A stretch of DNA of 64,000 bases from Candidatus Omnitrophota bacterium (GTDB lineage Bacteria > Omnitrophota > Gorgyraeia > Zapsychrales > Aceulaceae): positions 5,287-69,286 of the forward strand of contig JAQUUP010000008.1 in NCBI GenBank assembly GCA_028693815.1. The letters run 5' to 3'. Below are positions 52,546 to 62,585 of this stretch, piece by piece (the first letter of the stretch is position 1; each line of letters starts with the position of its first letter). A model generated the notes under the pieces. The model saw only the letters and a program-made list of their open reading frames with translations, made no database searches and was not told where the DNA came from. The translations under genes were made by a program, and so were the position numbers.

Positions 52546-52731
52546 ATGGCAAAAAAGGCATTAAGAATAAGAGAAGCAAGACCGCCGAAGTTTCCAACGC
52601 GTCAGCACAATCGATGCGTGTTGTGTGGTCGACCAAAAGGATATTTAAGACGTTTTGGTATTTGCCGAATTTGTTTTCGGGAGCTCGCTTGGAAAGGCGA
52701 AATTCCTGGTGTAAAGAAAGCAAGTTGGTAA
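52546..52731 (+). CDS. rpsN: 30S ribosomal protein uS14, zinc-binding type Z
   Basis: 61 aa with CVLCGRPKG...CRICFRE (C4). Confidence 0.95.
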   Translation: MAKKALRIREARPPKFPTRQHNRCVLCGRPKGYLRRFGICRICFRELAWKGEIPGVKKASW

Positions 52732-52762
52732 TTAGAGATCGCAATTAGAGAGGAAAATATAT

Positions 52763-53161
52763 ATGTCATTATCAGATCCTATTAGTAACATGTTAACTAG
52801 TATTCGCAATGCGGTACAGGTTAAAAAAGAAACAGTTGATGTCCCTGCATCAAAAATTTCTGAGAAGATTTTAGAGATTTTTAAAGAGGATGGATATATT
52901 GAAGAATTTCGGCTATTGAAAGATAGTGTGCAGGGAACGATTAAAATTTATCTAAAATATGAAAAAAATAAGAAACCGTTTATTATTGGGCTAAAACGAA
53001 TTTCAAAACCAGGGTTAAGAGTTTATGCAACGCATGACAAAATTCCAAGAGTTTTAAATGGTTTGGGATCAGCTGTGATTTCAACATCTAAAGGCGTAAT
53101 GGACGATCGTCAAGCTCGAGAGCTTAAAGTTGGCGGAGAAGTTTTGTGTTACATTTGGTAG
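52763..53161 (+). CDS. rpsH: 30S ribosomal protein uS8
   Basis: MSLSDPISNMLTSIRNA... Confidence 0.95.
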   Translation: MSLSDPISNMLTSIRNAVQVKKETVDVPASKISEKILEIFKEDGYIEEFRLLKDSVQGTIKIYLKYEKNKKPFIIGLKRISKPGLRVYATHDKIPRVLNGLGSAVISTSKGVMDDRQARELKVGGEVLCYIW

Positions 53162-53168
53162 GAGAAAT

Positions 53169-53708
53169 ATGTCAAGAATAGGAAAGAAAACAATTGTTGT
53201 TCCTAAAGGCGTAAAAGTTGCTGTTAATGGTGACAACGTCTTTGTCGAAGGATCAAAGGGAAAGCTTACTCTTGAAATTCCTTTTGGAATTTCTGTTGAA
53301 AGCAAAGATGAGAAAATCTTTGTTAATCGAAAATCTGATATTAAGCAGGATCGATCAAATCATGGGACAATTCGAGCTCGGATAGTCAACATGATGACGG
53401 GTGTTTCTACCGGACATAAGAAAAAACTTGAGATTCAAGGAATTGGTTTTCGAGCGCAGATCCAGGGCCAGAAGATTGTGCTAAATCTTGGATTTAGCCA
53501 TCCAGTTGAATTTGTTGTTCCAAACGAAATCCAAGTTAAAGCGATAACCCCGACAGAGCTTGAATTTGAATCGATTGATAATGTTTCTTTGGGAAATATT
53601 GTTGCAAAGATTAGAAAGATTAAGCCACCAGAGCCTTACAAGGGAAAAGGTATACGATATTCAGGGGAAATTGTTAAACGCAAACAAGGAAAATCTGTTA
53701 CAAAGTAA
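53169..53708 (+). CDS. rplF: 50S ribosomal protein uL6
   Basis: Start at MSRIGKKTIVVPKGVKV, preceded by GGAGAAATA. Confidence 0.93.
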   Translation: MSRIGKKTIVVPKGVKVAVNGDNVFVEGSKGKLTLEIPFGISVESKDEKIFVNRKSDIKQDRSNHGTIRARIVNMMTGVSTGHKKKLEIQGIGFRAQIQGQKIVLNLGFSHPVEFVVPNEIQVKAITPTELEFESIDNVSLGNIVAKIRKIKPPEPYKGKGIRYSGEIVKRKQGKSVTK

Positions 53709-53713
53709 TTAAA

Positions 53714-54076
53714 ATGATTAATACAAAAGAACAAAAAAGAGTTTTACGTCACAAAAGGATTAGTAAAAAAGTTCAAGGGACTTCGCAAGTGCCAAGAATG
53801 TGTATTCACCGGAGCTTAAAGAATATGTCTGTGTCTTTAGTTGATGATGTTGAGAGAAAAACATTAATTGGAATGTCAACTGCGCATAAAGATATAAAGG
53901 GTAATCTAAAGACTTGTGGAAATATTAAAGGGGCAACTATTTTAGGAGAAGCTTTTTCTACAAGAGCTAAGGAAAAAGGAATTAAAAAGGTATGTTTTGA
54001 TCGCGGCGGCTATCTTTATCACGGACGTGTAAAGGCTTTTGCTGAGGCGGCAAGAAAAGGTGGACTGGAGTTCTAA
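53714..54076 (+). CDS. rplR: 50S ribosomal protein uL18
   Basis: 120 aa with ...[18 protein letters not shown]... Confidence 0.93.
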   Translation: MINTKEQKRVLRHKRISKKVQGTSQVPRMCIHRSLKNMSVSLVDDVERKTLIGMSTAHKDIKGNLKTCGNIKGATILGEAFSTRAKEKGIKKVCFDRGGYLYHGRVKAFAEAARKGGLEF

Positions 54077-54801
54077 TGACTGAAGATAAAAATATAAAAA
54101 AAGATGTTGAGCAAGAAAATCTAGAAGAAAAAGTTCAGGAGAGTCTTTCTGTGGAAGAAAAAGAAGTCAAATCTGAAACTTCGTCCACAGACAAAAAACC
54201 TGCTGATTCAACTGCTGCCGAAGAAACTACTGTTCCTGAAAGTGAAAATAAAGGTCCAGAGCCTAAAGATTCTTCAAGAGATTTTTCTGATAGAAAAAAG
54301 AAAAAATGGACTAAGCCAGCTAAAAGACAGCAAGATGATTCTGGATTTATTGAAAAAGTTATTGCTATTAATCGTGTCACAAAAGTCACAAAGGGTGGAA
54401 AGAAAATGTCTTTTAGCGCTCTTGTTGTTGTTGGCGATGGTAAAGGAAAAGTTGGGTATTATTTAGGAAAAGCACCTGAAGTTGCAACGGCTATTCAAAA
54501 GTCAATGCGTGTTGCTAAGAAAAATTTGCTTGATATTTCTGTGCGCAAGGGAACAATTTCTCATGAAATTATCGGCCGATGCGGAGGAGCGACTGTTTTA
54601 TTAAAGCCGGCATCAGAAGGTACTGGTGTTATTGCGGCAGGTCCAGTACGTGCAGTTTGTGATGCATCTGGGATTAGAAATATCCTAACAAAATGTCATA
54701 GGTCAAATAATCCGATTAATATTGTTAAGGCGACAGTTGATGGCTTAACTCGATTGAAACCGTTTAAAGAAATTGGAGAAGTGCCAAGTGTTTCTGCATG
54801 A
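54076..54801 (+). CDS. rpsE: 30S ribosomal protein uS5 with a ~75-aa acidic/Lys-rich N-terminal extension
   Basis: S5 core [43 protein letters not shown]. It is preceded by a low-complexity E/K/S/T-rich leader. Confidence 0.93.
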   Translation: MTEDKNIKKDVEQENLEEKVQESLSVEEKEVKSETSSTDKKPADSTAAEETTVPESENKGPEPKDSSRDFSDRKKKKWTKPAKRQQDDSGFIEKVIAINRVTKVTKGGKKMSFSALVVVGDGKGKVGYYLGKAPEVATAIQKSMRVAKKNLLDISVRKGTISHEIIGRCGGATVLLKPASEGTGVIAAGPVRAVCDASGIRNILTKCHRSNNPINIVKATVDGLTRLKPFKEIGEVPSVSA

Positions 54802-55240
54802 AATAGGTAAGCCTAAAGGGGCGCGAAAAAAGAAAAGAATTGTAGGTCGTGGTCAGGGATCTGGTAGGGGAAAAACTGCTGGCCGAGGAGAAAATGGTCA
54901 AAAATCTCGTTCTGGACGCTCTATTATTCATGGACTTGAAGGTGGACAAATGCCTTTGATTCGCCGGCTTCCAAAGGTCGGATTTAGAGTAAGAAATCCT
55001 CGTATTTATCAGCTTGTTAATCTTGCCAGTCTTTCTAAGGTTAAAGAAGGAACGGTGGTTAGTCCAGAGTTCTTAAAGGAAAAAGGATTGATTAAAAGTA
55101 GCTCTAAGCGAGTAAAGATTCTAGGCGTTGGTGAGGTTTCAAAACCTTTAACAGTTCAAGTTCATGCTCTTTCGAAGTCTGCTGAAGAAAAAATTGTCAA
55201 AGCAGGCGGAAAAATCGAACCAATTAAGAAAAAAATATAG
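54773..55240 (+). CDS. rplO: 50S ribosomal protein uL15
   Basis: [24 protein letters not shown]. The first in-frame ATG lies 29 nt inside rpsE. No rpmD (L30) lies between rpsE and rplO. Confidence 0.9.
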   Translation: MEKCQVFLHEIGKPKGARKKKRIVGRGQGSGRGKTAGRGENGQKSRSGRSIIHGLEGGQMPLIRRLPKVGFRVRNPRIYQLVNLASLSKVKEGTVVSPEFLKEKGLIKSSSKRVKILGVGEVSKPLTVQVHALSKSAEEKIVKAGGKIEPIKKKI

Positions 55241-55248
55241 AGATTTTT

Positions 55249-56598
55249 ATGCTAAAAGCATTTTCGAATTGTTTTAAAATACCTGATTTAAGAAAAAAGA
55301 TTCTTTTTACATTAGTTATTATCTTTGCTTATCGTGTTGGATGTCATATTCCGACTCCAGGAGTTAATGGTTCGATATTAGCAGAGTTTTTTCGTCGGAT
55401 TAATGAATCTTCAGGCGGTGGAACGATCTTTGGCATGATGAATATGTTTTCTGGTGGCGCTTTGCAGAAGATGACAGTATTTTCTTTAGGGATTATGCCG
55501 TATATTTCAAGTTCCATTATTATGCAGCTTTTGACAGCCGTCATTCCAGCCTTAGAGAAATTGTCTAAAGAAGGCCAGGCTGGATATCAGAAAATAAATC
55601 AATATACACGATATGGAACACTTGGTTTAGCAATTGTGCAATCTTATTTTATTGCCTTATGGTTAGAGAGCCCGCAAGCGTTTCAAGGGTTGCAAGTTGT
55701 TAATGATCCAGGTTGGGCATTTCGCCTTACAACCGTTTTAACTCTTGCATCTGGTACAGTTCTTTTGATGTGGCTTGGAGAACAAATTCAAGAAAAAGGA
55801 ATTGGACAAGGCATTTCGCTTGTTATTGCAGCTGGTATTTTATCTCGTGCGCCAGATGCGATTAAGACATTGATTGTATTATTGTCACCTAAAACAGCAT
55901 CGATGAGGCAGATTCAGCCATTGACCTTGCTTTTGATGATAGGATTTTTAGTTGGTGTTATCTTTTCAATTACTTTAATTACGCAAGGACAACGTCGAAT
56001 CCCTGTGCAATACGCACGCCGTATTGTTGGAAGAAAAGTTTATGGTGGGCAAAGTACTTATATTCCTTTGAAGGTTGATACAGCTGGTATTATTGCGATT
56101 ATTTTTGCACAATCAATTTTACTTTTTCCAGCAACTTTAGCAAGTTTTATTCCGCATCAAGGGTTGCAATCATTTGCAAGCTTTTTTATGCGTGGACATG
56201 CGGCATATTATTTTTTATATGGATTATTGATTATCTTTTTCTGTTATTTTTATACAGCGATTGTTTTTAATCCGGTTGATGTTGCTGAGAATATGAAAAA
56301 GCACGGGGGATTTATTCCTGGTGTTCGACCAGGAGTGCCAACGGCTGATTTCTTAGATTTTGTTATGACGCGTATTACTTTAGCTGGTGCATTCTTTATG
56401 TGTGTGATTGCGGTTATGCCGGATGCTATTATGGCATTTTTTAAAGTTCCATATTTGGTTGCATCATTTTTTGGTGGAACGGGTATTTTGATTATCGTTG
56501 GTGTTATGCTTGACACGGTTAAGCAGATGGAGTCGCAACTTTTAATGAGACATTATGATGGATTTATGAAAACAGGGCATCTGAGAGGGCGAAAATGA
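55249..56598 (+). CDS. secY: Preprotein translocase subunit SecY
   Basis: 449-aa, 10-TM protein at the conserved position. Confidence 0.95.
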   Translation: MLKAFSNCFKIPDLRKKILFTLVIIFAYRVGCHIPTPGVNGSILAEFFRRINESSGGGTIFGMMNMFSGGALQKMTVFSLGIMPYISSSIIMQLLTAVIPALEKLSKEGQAGYQKINQYTRYGTLGLAIVQSYFIALWLESPQAFQGLQVVNDPGWAFRLTTVLTLASGTVLLMWLGEQIQEKGIGQGISLVIAAGILSRAPDAIKTLIVLLSPKTASMRQIQPLTLLLMIGFLVGVIFSITLITQGQRRIPVQYARRIVGRKVYGGQSTYIPLKVDTAGIIAIIFAQSILLFPATLASFIPHQGLQSFASFFMRGHAAYYFLYGLLIIFFCYFYTAIVFNPVDVAENMKKHGGFIPGVRPGVPTADFLDFVMTRITLAGAFFMCVIAVMPDAIMAFFKVPYLVASFFGGTGILIIVGVMLDTVKQMESQLLMRHYDGFMKTGHLRGRK

Positions 56599-57281
56599 GA
56601 TTAATCTTATTAGGGGCGCCAGGTGCAGGTAAGGGAACGCAAGCAAAGCTTTTAGAAAAAGTTTTGAATTTAAAGCATGTTTCGATGGGCGATATTTTAA
56701 GAGAAGAAATGAAGAACTGCACGCCTCTCGGACAAGAAGTAAAAAGTTTTGTTGAGAGTGGTGGTCTTGTTCCAGATGATGTTGTCACGCGCATTATTGA
56801 AAATCGGTTAAAAGATAAAACATTTGCACCAAATGGATATCTTTTGGATGGATTTCCAAGAACAAAGCAGCAGGCTCAAGATTTAGATGCAATTGTTGAA
56901 AGTTTGTGTCAGCCGATTGATTATGTTGTTTGCATGGAAGTTGATAGCGAAATTGTCATTCAACGATTAACAGGCCGTCGGGTTTGCAGAAGTTGTGGAG
57001 CTCTTTATCATACTGTTAATATGCCATCTAAAAAAGAGGGTGTTTGTGATTCTTGTGATGGTGAATTATATCAGCGAGTGGATGACAATGAAGAAACAAT
57101 TCGTAAGAGAATTAATGTTTATTTAGAAAATACTGCACCAATTGTTGAATATTATCAAGCGAAGGGAATTCTTTTAAAGGCAGATGGAAACCAAGAGGCA
57201 AATCGCTTGAAGGATTATTTGTTAGAAATATTTAAAAAAGACGGAAAAATTGATACTTTTAAAATCAAAGCAGGAAATTGA
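56595..57281 (+). CDS. adk: Adenylate kinase (zinc-binding LID)
   Basis: P-loop MRLILLGAPGAGKGTQA and LID C4 CRSCGALYH...CDSCDG. Confidence 0.95.
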   Translation: MRLILLGAPGAGKGTQAKLLEKVLNLKHVSMGDILREEMKNCTPLGQEVKSFVESGGLVPDDVVTRIIENRLKDKTFAPNGYLLDGFPRTKQQAQDLDAIVESLCQPIDYVVCMEVDSEIVIQRLTGRRVCRSCGALYHTVNMPSKKEGVCDSCDGELYQRVDDNEETIRKRINVYLENTAPIVEYYQAKGILLKADGNQEANRLKDYLLEIFKKDGKIDTFKIKAGN

Positions 57282-58002
57282 AAAAATGCGCAGAGCCGGC
57301 AAGGCTCTTGCTTCTGTTATTCAAGATTTAAAAAGTTCTTTGAAAGTGGGGATGACAACCCTTGAGATAGATAAGATCGCTGAGCAATTAATTGACCGAA
57401 AAAAAGCAGCGCCAGCGTTTAAGGGCTATCGTGGTTTTCCGGCAACGGCATGTATTTCTGTTAACGAAGAAATTGTTCATGGGATTCCAAGCAATCGGGT
57501 TGTTAAAGATGGTGACATTGTGAGCATTGATATGGGACTTGTTTTAGATGGATGGTTTTCTGATTCTGCATTTACAATTGGATTTGGGGATTTAGACGAA
57601 ATAAAACAAAAGCTTATTGATGTAACCGAACAATCTTTATATAAGGGAATCGAGCAGGCTAAAGCAAGAAATTATCTCTCTGATATTGGATTTGCGATTC
57701 AAAGTTTTGTAGAACCTTTTGGATTTTCCGTTGTTCGAGATTTTGTTGGCCATGGCATTGGAAGGTCTTTGCATGAAGAGCCAGAGGTTCCTAATTTTGG
57801 TTTACCGAGATCTGGTCCCACTTTGCAGGAAGGAATGGTTTTTGCAATTGAACCAATGATCAATTTAGGCACATACAGGACAAAGATTTTAGATGATAAA
57901 TGGACGGTTGTAACGCTTGACAAGAAACCATCAGCTCATTTTGAACACACAGTTGTTGTTACAGCCAATGGCCCAGAAATATTAACGAAAATAAATGGCT
58001 AA
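57250..58002 (+). CDS. map: Methionine aminopeptidase type I
   Basis: N-terminal [18 protein letters not shown] and metal ligands in the pita-bread fold. It overlaps adk by 32 nt. Confidence 0.9.
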   Translation: MILLKSKQEIEKMRRAGKALASVIQDLKSSLKVGMTTLEIDKIAEQLIDRKKAAPAFKGYRGFPATACISVNEEIVHGIPSNRVVKDGDIVSIDMGLVLDGWFSDSAFTIGFGDLDEIKQKLIDVTEQSLYKGIEQAKARNYLSDIGFAIQSFVEPFGFSVVRDFVGHGIGRSLHEEPEVPNFGLPRSGPTLQEGMVFAIEPMINLGTYRTKILDDKWTVVTLDKKPSAHFEHTVVVTANGPEILTKING

Positions 58003-58213
58003 AGAAGAACTAATAGAGGTTGAAGGAATCATCAAAGAGGCGCTGCCGAATGCTATGTTTCAGGTAGAGCTTGAAAACGGGCATAAGGTGTTGGCTCATA
58101 TTTCAGGAAAAATGCGAGTGCATTTTATTCGTTTGCTTCCAGGAGATAAGGTGAAAGTTGAGCTTTCTCCGTATGATCTAACAAGAGGACGAATTACCTA
58201 TAGGGAAAAATAA
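57995..58213 (+). CDS. infA: Translation initiation factor IF-1
   Basis: 72 aa with [31 protein letters not shown]. Confidence 0.95.
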   Translation: MAKEELIEVEGIIKEALPNAMFQVELENGHKVLAHISGKMRVHFIRLLPGDKVKVELSPYDLTRGRITYREK

Positions 58214-58214
58214 A

Positions 58215-58328
58215 ATGAAAGTAAAATCTTCTGTTAAAAGAATTTGTAATAATTGCAAAGTCGTTCGACGCAAGAACGTTGTTAGAGTTATTTGTACAAA
58301 TCCAAAACATAAACAAAGACAAGGATAA
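58215..58328 (+). CDS. rpmJ: 50S ribosomal protein bL36 (C3H zinc form)
   Basis: 37-aa ORF missed by the ORF track: [37 protein letters not shown]. It lies between infA and rpsM. Confidence 0.92.
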   Translation: MKVKSSVKRICNNCKVVRRKNVVRVICTNPKHKQRQG

Positions 58329-58331
58329 GTT

Positions 58332-58706
58332 ATGCCAAGAATTTTAGGTGTTGATCTTCCAAAAGAAAAGCGAATTGAAGCGGCATTGCCGTATCTTTAT
58401 GGGGTTGGGCCAAAGAATTGCTTAAAGATTTTAGAACAAGCCCAAATTGATAAGAATAGAAGAGCTAAAGATTTAACGGAAGAAGAAGTTTCGAGAATTA
58501 CGCTGATTATTCAGAAAGATTATCGAATTGAAGGTGATTTGCGAAGAGACGTGGCGCAAAATATCCGACGGTTAATTGATATTGGTTCTTATAGAGGACT
58601 CCGCCATAAAAGGGGGCTACCTGCGCGAGGGCAAAGAACAAAAACAAATGCAAGAACTCGCAAAGGGAAAAAGAAAGTCATGATGTCAATGCCTTCTAAA
58701 AAATAA
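58332..58706 (+). CDS. rpsM: 30S ribosomal protein uS13
   Basis: [26 protein letters not shown]. Confidence 0.95.
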   Translation: MPRILGVDLPKEKRIEAALPYLYGVGPKNCLKILEQAQIDKNRRAKDLTEEEVSRITLIIQKDYRIEGDLRRDVAQNIRRLIDIGSYRGLRHKRGLPARGQRTKTNARTRKGKKKVMMSMPSKK

Positions 58707-58717
58707 AAGGAGAAAAG

Positions 58718-59119
58718 ATGGCGAAACTACCGATAAAGAAAAAAGATAAAGCAAAAAAGAAAGCACTTAAGGGCGTTAGTAGCGGTGCTGTTCATATTAA
58801 AGCTAGTTTTAATAATACAATCGTTGCTATCACCGATATGCAGGGCAACGTAATTGTTTCTTCAAGCCCGGGTCATGTTGGATTTAAAGGGTCAAAAAAG
58901 TCAACGCCGTTTGCTGCTCAAATCGCTGCGTCTAATGCTGCTAAAAAAGCGAAAGAGCTTGGCATTGAAACTGTTGAAGTTTATGTTAAAGGTCCTGGAG
59001 CTGGACGCGAATCTGCGATTCGAGCTGTTTCAGCGGCAGGATTGAAAATAACAATAATTCGCGATGTTACGCCTGTGCCGCACAATGGATGTCGGCCACG
59101 TAAAAAACGTAGAGTTTAA
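58718..59119 (+). CDS. rpsK: 30S ribosomal protein uS11
   Basis: [23 protein letters not shown]. Confidence 0.95.
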   Translation: MAKLPIKKKDKAKKKALKGVSSGAVHIKASFNNTIVAITDMQGNVIVSSSPGHVGFKGSKKSTPFAAQIAASNAAKKAKELGIETVEVYVKGPGAGRESAIRAVSAAGLKITIIRDVTPVPHNGCRPRKKRRV

Positions 59120-59136
59120 AAAGGGAGTTATTAATA

Positions 59137-59763
59137 ATGGCAAGAGATTTAGAGGCTAGTTGCCGAAAGTGTCGACGAGAAGGAGAAAAGCTATTCTTAA
59201 AAGGAGCTCGCTGCCATACTCATCGATGTGCAGTTGCTCGACGAGAATATCCGCCTGGTCAACATGGGCAAAGACGCACTAAAATGTCAAATTTTGGTTT
59301 ACAGCTTAGAGAAAAGCAAAAGACCAAAAGAATATATGGTATTTTAGAGAAACAATTTAGAGGGTATTTTGAGAAGGCTGCTAAAACCAAAGGTGTTACA
59401 GGCCATATTTTACTTCAATTTCTAGAAAGACGTCTTGATAATGTTGTTTATCGTATGGGGTTTGCAGCGTCTCGAAAACAGGCGCGTCAAATTGTAAATC
59501 ATGCCTATACTCATGTGAATGGTAAAAGAGTCAATATTCCTTCTTTCTTGATTAAAAAGGGAGATGAAGTTGAGCTATGTTTTAAGAAAAAAGGTGAGAA
59601 GCTTGTACGAGAAAATATCGAGACATCCAAGGTTCGCGCTGTTCCTGCTTGGGTGAGTGTTGAAGACCAAAAGGTTAAAGGGAAGGTGTTGCGATTGCCG
59701 GAACGTGAAGACATTGAGTTTCCGATCAACGAACAGTTAATCGTCGAGCTTTATTCTCGATAA
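59137..59763 (+). CDS. rpsD: 30S ribosomal protein uS4 (N-terminal Cys4 zinc-finger form)
   Basis: CRKCRREGEKLFLKGARCHTHRC and an S4 domain. Confidence 0.95.
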   Translation: MARDLEASCRKCRREGEKLFLKGARCHTHRCAVARREYPPGQHGQRRTKMSNFGLQLREKQKTKRIYGILEKQFRGYFEKAAKTKGVTGHILLQFLERRLDNVVYRMGFAASRKQARQIVNHAYTHVNGKRVNIPSFLIKKGDEVELCFKKKGEKLVRENIETSKVRAVPAWVSVEDQKVKGKVLRLPEREDIEFPINEQLIVELYSR

Positions 59764-59800
59764 TTTATTTAGATTATTTAATATAATGTAGGAGGAATAC

Positions 59801-60793
59801 ATGGGTGTCAAGTGGAGAGATTTCCAAATGCCAAAACGGCTAGAGTGTGATGAATCAAGCTATACCGATACATATGGTAAGTTTATCGCTGAGCCATTTG
59901 AAAGAGGGTATGGAGTTACTTTAGGTAATTCACTTCGAAGAATTTTATTGTCCTCTTTAGAAGGCAGTGCTGTTACTTCGATTCGCATTGATGGCGTTCA
60001 GCATGAATTTTCAACAATTCCGGGCGTTTTAGAGTCAGTTGTTGATATTATTCTTAATATTAAGCAGCTTATTCTTCGGTCGCATTCTAAGGTTGCTAAA
60101 ACAATTTATATTAAAGTTGATAAAAAGGGTGAGGTTCGCGCTAAGGATATTATTTGTGATGAAACTGTTGAAGTATTGAATCCAGAGTTGCTTATTTTAA
60201 CATTAACGCAGGATGTAAAATTCAGTATGGAGATGGAAGTTTCTCGTGGACGCGGATATGTTCCTTCTGATGCTAACAAAAAAGCAGATGCTGCTGTTGG
60301 GACGATTGCTGTTGATTCAATTTTTACACCAATTGTAAAGGTCAATTTTCTTGTTGAAAATACTCGTGTTGGACAAAAAACAGATTATGATAAATTGATT
60401 TTAGAAATTGTTACGAATGGCGGCGTTAATCCAAAAGAAGCGTTGCTTTATGGTGCAAATATTTTACAAAGACATCTAGATGTCTTTGTTAGTTACGGTC
60501 AGCTTCCTGAAGAAGAGGAGGAAGAGGAAGAGGTTTCTGCAGAGGAAAAAGTACTTTACGAAAAATTACGTCTTCCGATTTCTGAGTTAGAGCTTTCTGT
60601 TAGAAGTTCAAATTGTTTGCGAGAGTCAAACATTAAGACGATTGCGGACTTAGTTCGCAGAACTGAATCGGAACTTTTAGGATTTCGAAATTTTGGTAAG
60701 AAATCGCTAACAGAAATCGGTGAAATTCTAAAGGCTATGGGCTTAGACCTTGGCATAAAGATTGACTTGAAGAAATTGAGACAAAAAGACTAA
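59801..60793 (+). CDS. rpoA: DNA-directed RNA polymerase subunit alpha
   Basis: NTD FIAEPFERGYGVTLGNSLRRILLSS, a poly-Glu linker and an alpha-CTD. Confidence 0.95.
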   Translation: MGVKWRDFQMPKRLECDESSYTDTYGKFIAEPFERGYGVTLGNSLRRILLSSLEGSAVTSIRIDGVQHEFSTIPGVLESVVDIILNIKQLILRSHSKVAKTIYIKVDKKGEVRAKDIICDETVEVLNPELLILTLTQDVKFSMEMEVSRGRGYVPSDANKKADAAVGTIAVDSIFTPIVKVNFLVENTRVGQKTDYDKLILEIVTNGGVNPKEALLYGANILQRHLDVFVSYGQLPEEEEEEEEVSAEEKVLYEKLRLPISELELSVRSSNCLRESNIKTIADLVRRTESELLGFRNFGKKSLTEIGEILKAMGLDLGIKIDLKKLRQKD

Positions 60794-60808
60794 AAATAAA
60801 AGGGCCAT

Positions 60809-61396
60809 ATGAGACACGGTAAATCAGGAAAAACATTCGGACGAAACTCTGCCTTGCGTAAAGCAACGGTTAGAGATATTGCAAAGGCAACGTTGCTCAA
60901 AGGAAGAATACAGACAACTCTTGTTAAAGCTAAAGAATCTCGAAAGCTTGTCGATAAGCTTATTACATTTGGAAAAAAAGGAACATTAGCAGCAAAACGA
61001 AACGCATATGCCATTTTATGTAATCATCGATTGGTAAGCAAATTATTTGATGAGATTGCACCTCTTTTTAAGAATCGGCAAGGTGGCTACACGCGTGTTA
61101 TTCGTCTTGCGAAAAATAGACGAGGCGATAATGCGACGGTTGCAATTTTAGAGCTTACTGAAAAAGCAGAAGTTATTTCTGAAAAGAAAGAAAAACCTAA
61201 AGGCAAAGGTATCAAGGTAGAAAAAGACGATCATTCGAAGGTTGAAAAAACAACTTCTTTAAAAGGTGCTGAGAAAGAAAAGCCTGCAAAAAAGAAAGCA
61301 GAGAACAGCAAGCCTTCTGATAAAGTCAAAGAAAAGTCTTCTACAAAAGTTGCTAGGGGAATTAAGAAAATCTTCAGAAAAGATACTGAAAAGTAA
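60809..61396 (+). CDS. rplQ: 50S ribosomal protein bL17 with a ~75-aa Lys-rich C-terminal tail
   Basis: L17 core MRHGKSGKTFGRNSALRKA...GGYTRVIRLAKNRRGDNA, then KAEVISEKKEKPKGKG...KVKEKSSTKVARGIKKIFRKDTEK. Confidence 0.9.
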   Translation: MRHGKSGKTFGRNSALRKATVRDIAKATLLKGRIQTTLVKAKESRKLVDKLITFGKKGTLAAKRNAYAILCNHRLVSKLFDEIAPLFKNRQGGYTRVIRLAKNRRGDNATVAILELTEKAEVISEKKEKPKGKGIKVEKDDHSKVEKTTSLKGAEKEKPAKKKAENSKPSDKVKEKSSTKVARGIKKIFRKDTEK

Positions 61397-61409
61397 AGGA
61401 TATTTTGTT

Positions 61410-62576
61410 ATGCCTGTTTCTCGAAGAGCAAAGAGCGTTGAAGGGTCATCAACATTGGCTATTACTGCTCGAGCAAAAGAGCTTAAAGCTCAAGGGCATG
61501 ATGTTGTTAATTTCGCTGCTGGTGAGCCTGATTTTGATACACCAGATTTTATTAAAAATGCAGCTATTGAAGCCATTAAAAATGGATTTACAAAATACAC
61601 TCCTAGCATTGGCACTCTTGATTTAAGAAAAGCGATTGCCAAGAAATTCAAAATAGATAATAATATTTCTTATGATCCTGTAACACAGATTGTTGTTTCT
61701 TGTGGTGCAAAACATTGCTTGTATAATTTAATGCAGGCGCTCGTTGAGCAGGGTGATGAGGTTTTGATTCCTTCGCCCTACTGGGTCAGCTATCCTGAAA
61801 TGGTAAAGTTGGCAGGGGCAACGGCAAAGTTTTTAGAAACATTTTCTGATAATGATTTTAAAATTACGCCAGAACAGTTAGAAGAAAATATTTCTCCAAG
61901 CACGAAACTTCTTATTTTAAATTCTCCTTCAAATCCGACGGGGACAGTATATTCTAAAACAGAATTGATGGGGATTGCTGAAGTATGCGTTAAGAGAAAT
62001 ATTTTTGTTGTTAGTGATGAAATTTACGAGAAATTATGTTATACAGATGAACCATATACATCGTTTGCTTCTTTGAATAAAGATATTTATGATTTGACTA
62101 TAACAGTCAACGGTGTTTCAAAAGCTTATTCAATGACAGGATGGCGTATTGGATATTTTGGGGCATCAAAAGAAATTGTTGAGAATGTCAAGAAGATTCA
62201 AGATCACTCAACCTCTAATCCAACATCGATTAGCCAAGTTGCAGCACTCGCAGCTCTGAATGCACCAGCGGCGAGCCTTGATGAAATGAAGAAAGAGTTT
62301 ATTAAAAGGCGAGATGTAATCTTGAAATGCCTAGATAAGGTTCCTGAAATTAGTTATATTTATCCTAAGGGCGCGTTTTATGTCTTTTGTGATATTAGCA
62401 AATTTAAAGAAGATTCTGTTTCAATTGCTAAAGAAGTTTTAGATGTAACAGATGTTGCGTGTATTCCTGGAAAAGGATTTGGAGCGGATCAATATTTAAG
62501 ATTAAGTTTTGCAACTTCTACTGAGCGTATCGAGGAAGGCATCCGTCGCATTGCGGACTGGGCCAAAAAAAGATAG
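61410..62576 (+). CDS. Class I/II pyridoxal-phosphate aminotransferase (aspartate aminotransferase-like)
   Basis: Start at MPVSRRAKSVEGSSTLAITARAKEL. N-terminal GEPDFDTP and PLP-lysine motif SKAYSMTGWRIGY. Confidence 0.85.
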   Translation: MPVSRRAKSVEGSSTLAITARAKELKAQGHDVVNFAAGEPDFDTPDFIKNAAIEAIKNGFTKYTPSIGTLDLRKAIAKKFKIDNNISYDPVTQIVVSCGAKHCLYNLMQALVEQGDEVLIPSPYWVSYPEMVKLAGATAKFLETFSDNDFKITPEQLEENISPSTKLLILNSPSNPTGTVYSKTELMGIAEVCVKRNIFVVSDEIYEKLCYTDEPYTSFASLNKDIYDLTITVNGVSKAYSMTGWRIGYFGASKEIVENVKKIQDHSTSNPTSISQVAALAALNAPAASLDEMKKEFIKRRDVILKCLDKVPEISYIYPKGAFYVFCDISKFKEDSVSIAKEVLDVTDVACIPGKGFGADQYLRLSFATSTERIEEGIRRIADWAKKR

Positions 62577-62585
62577 GAAGGAATT

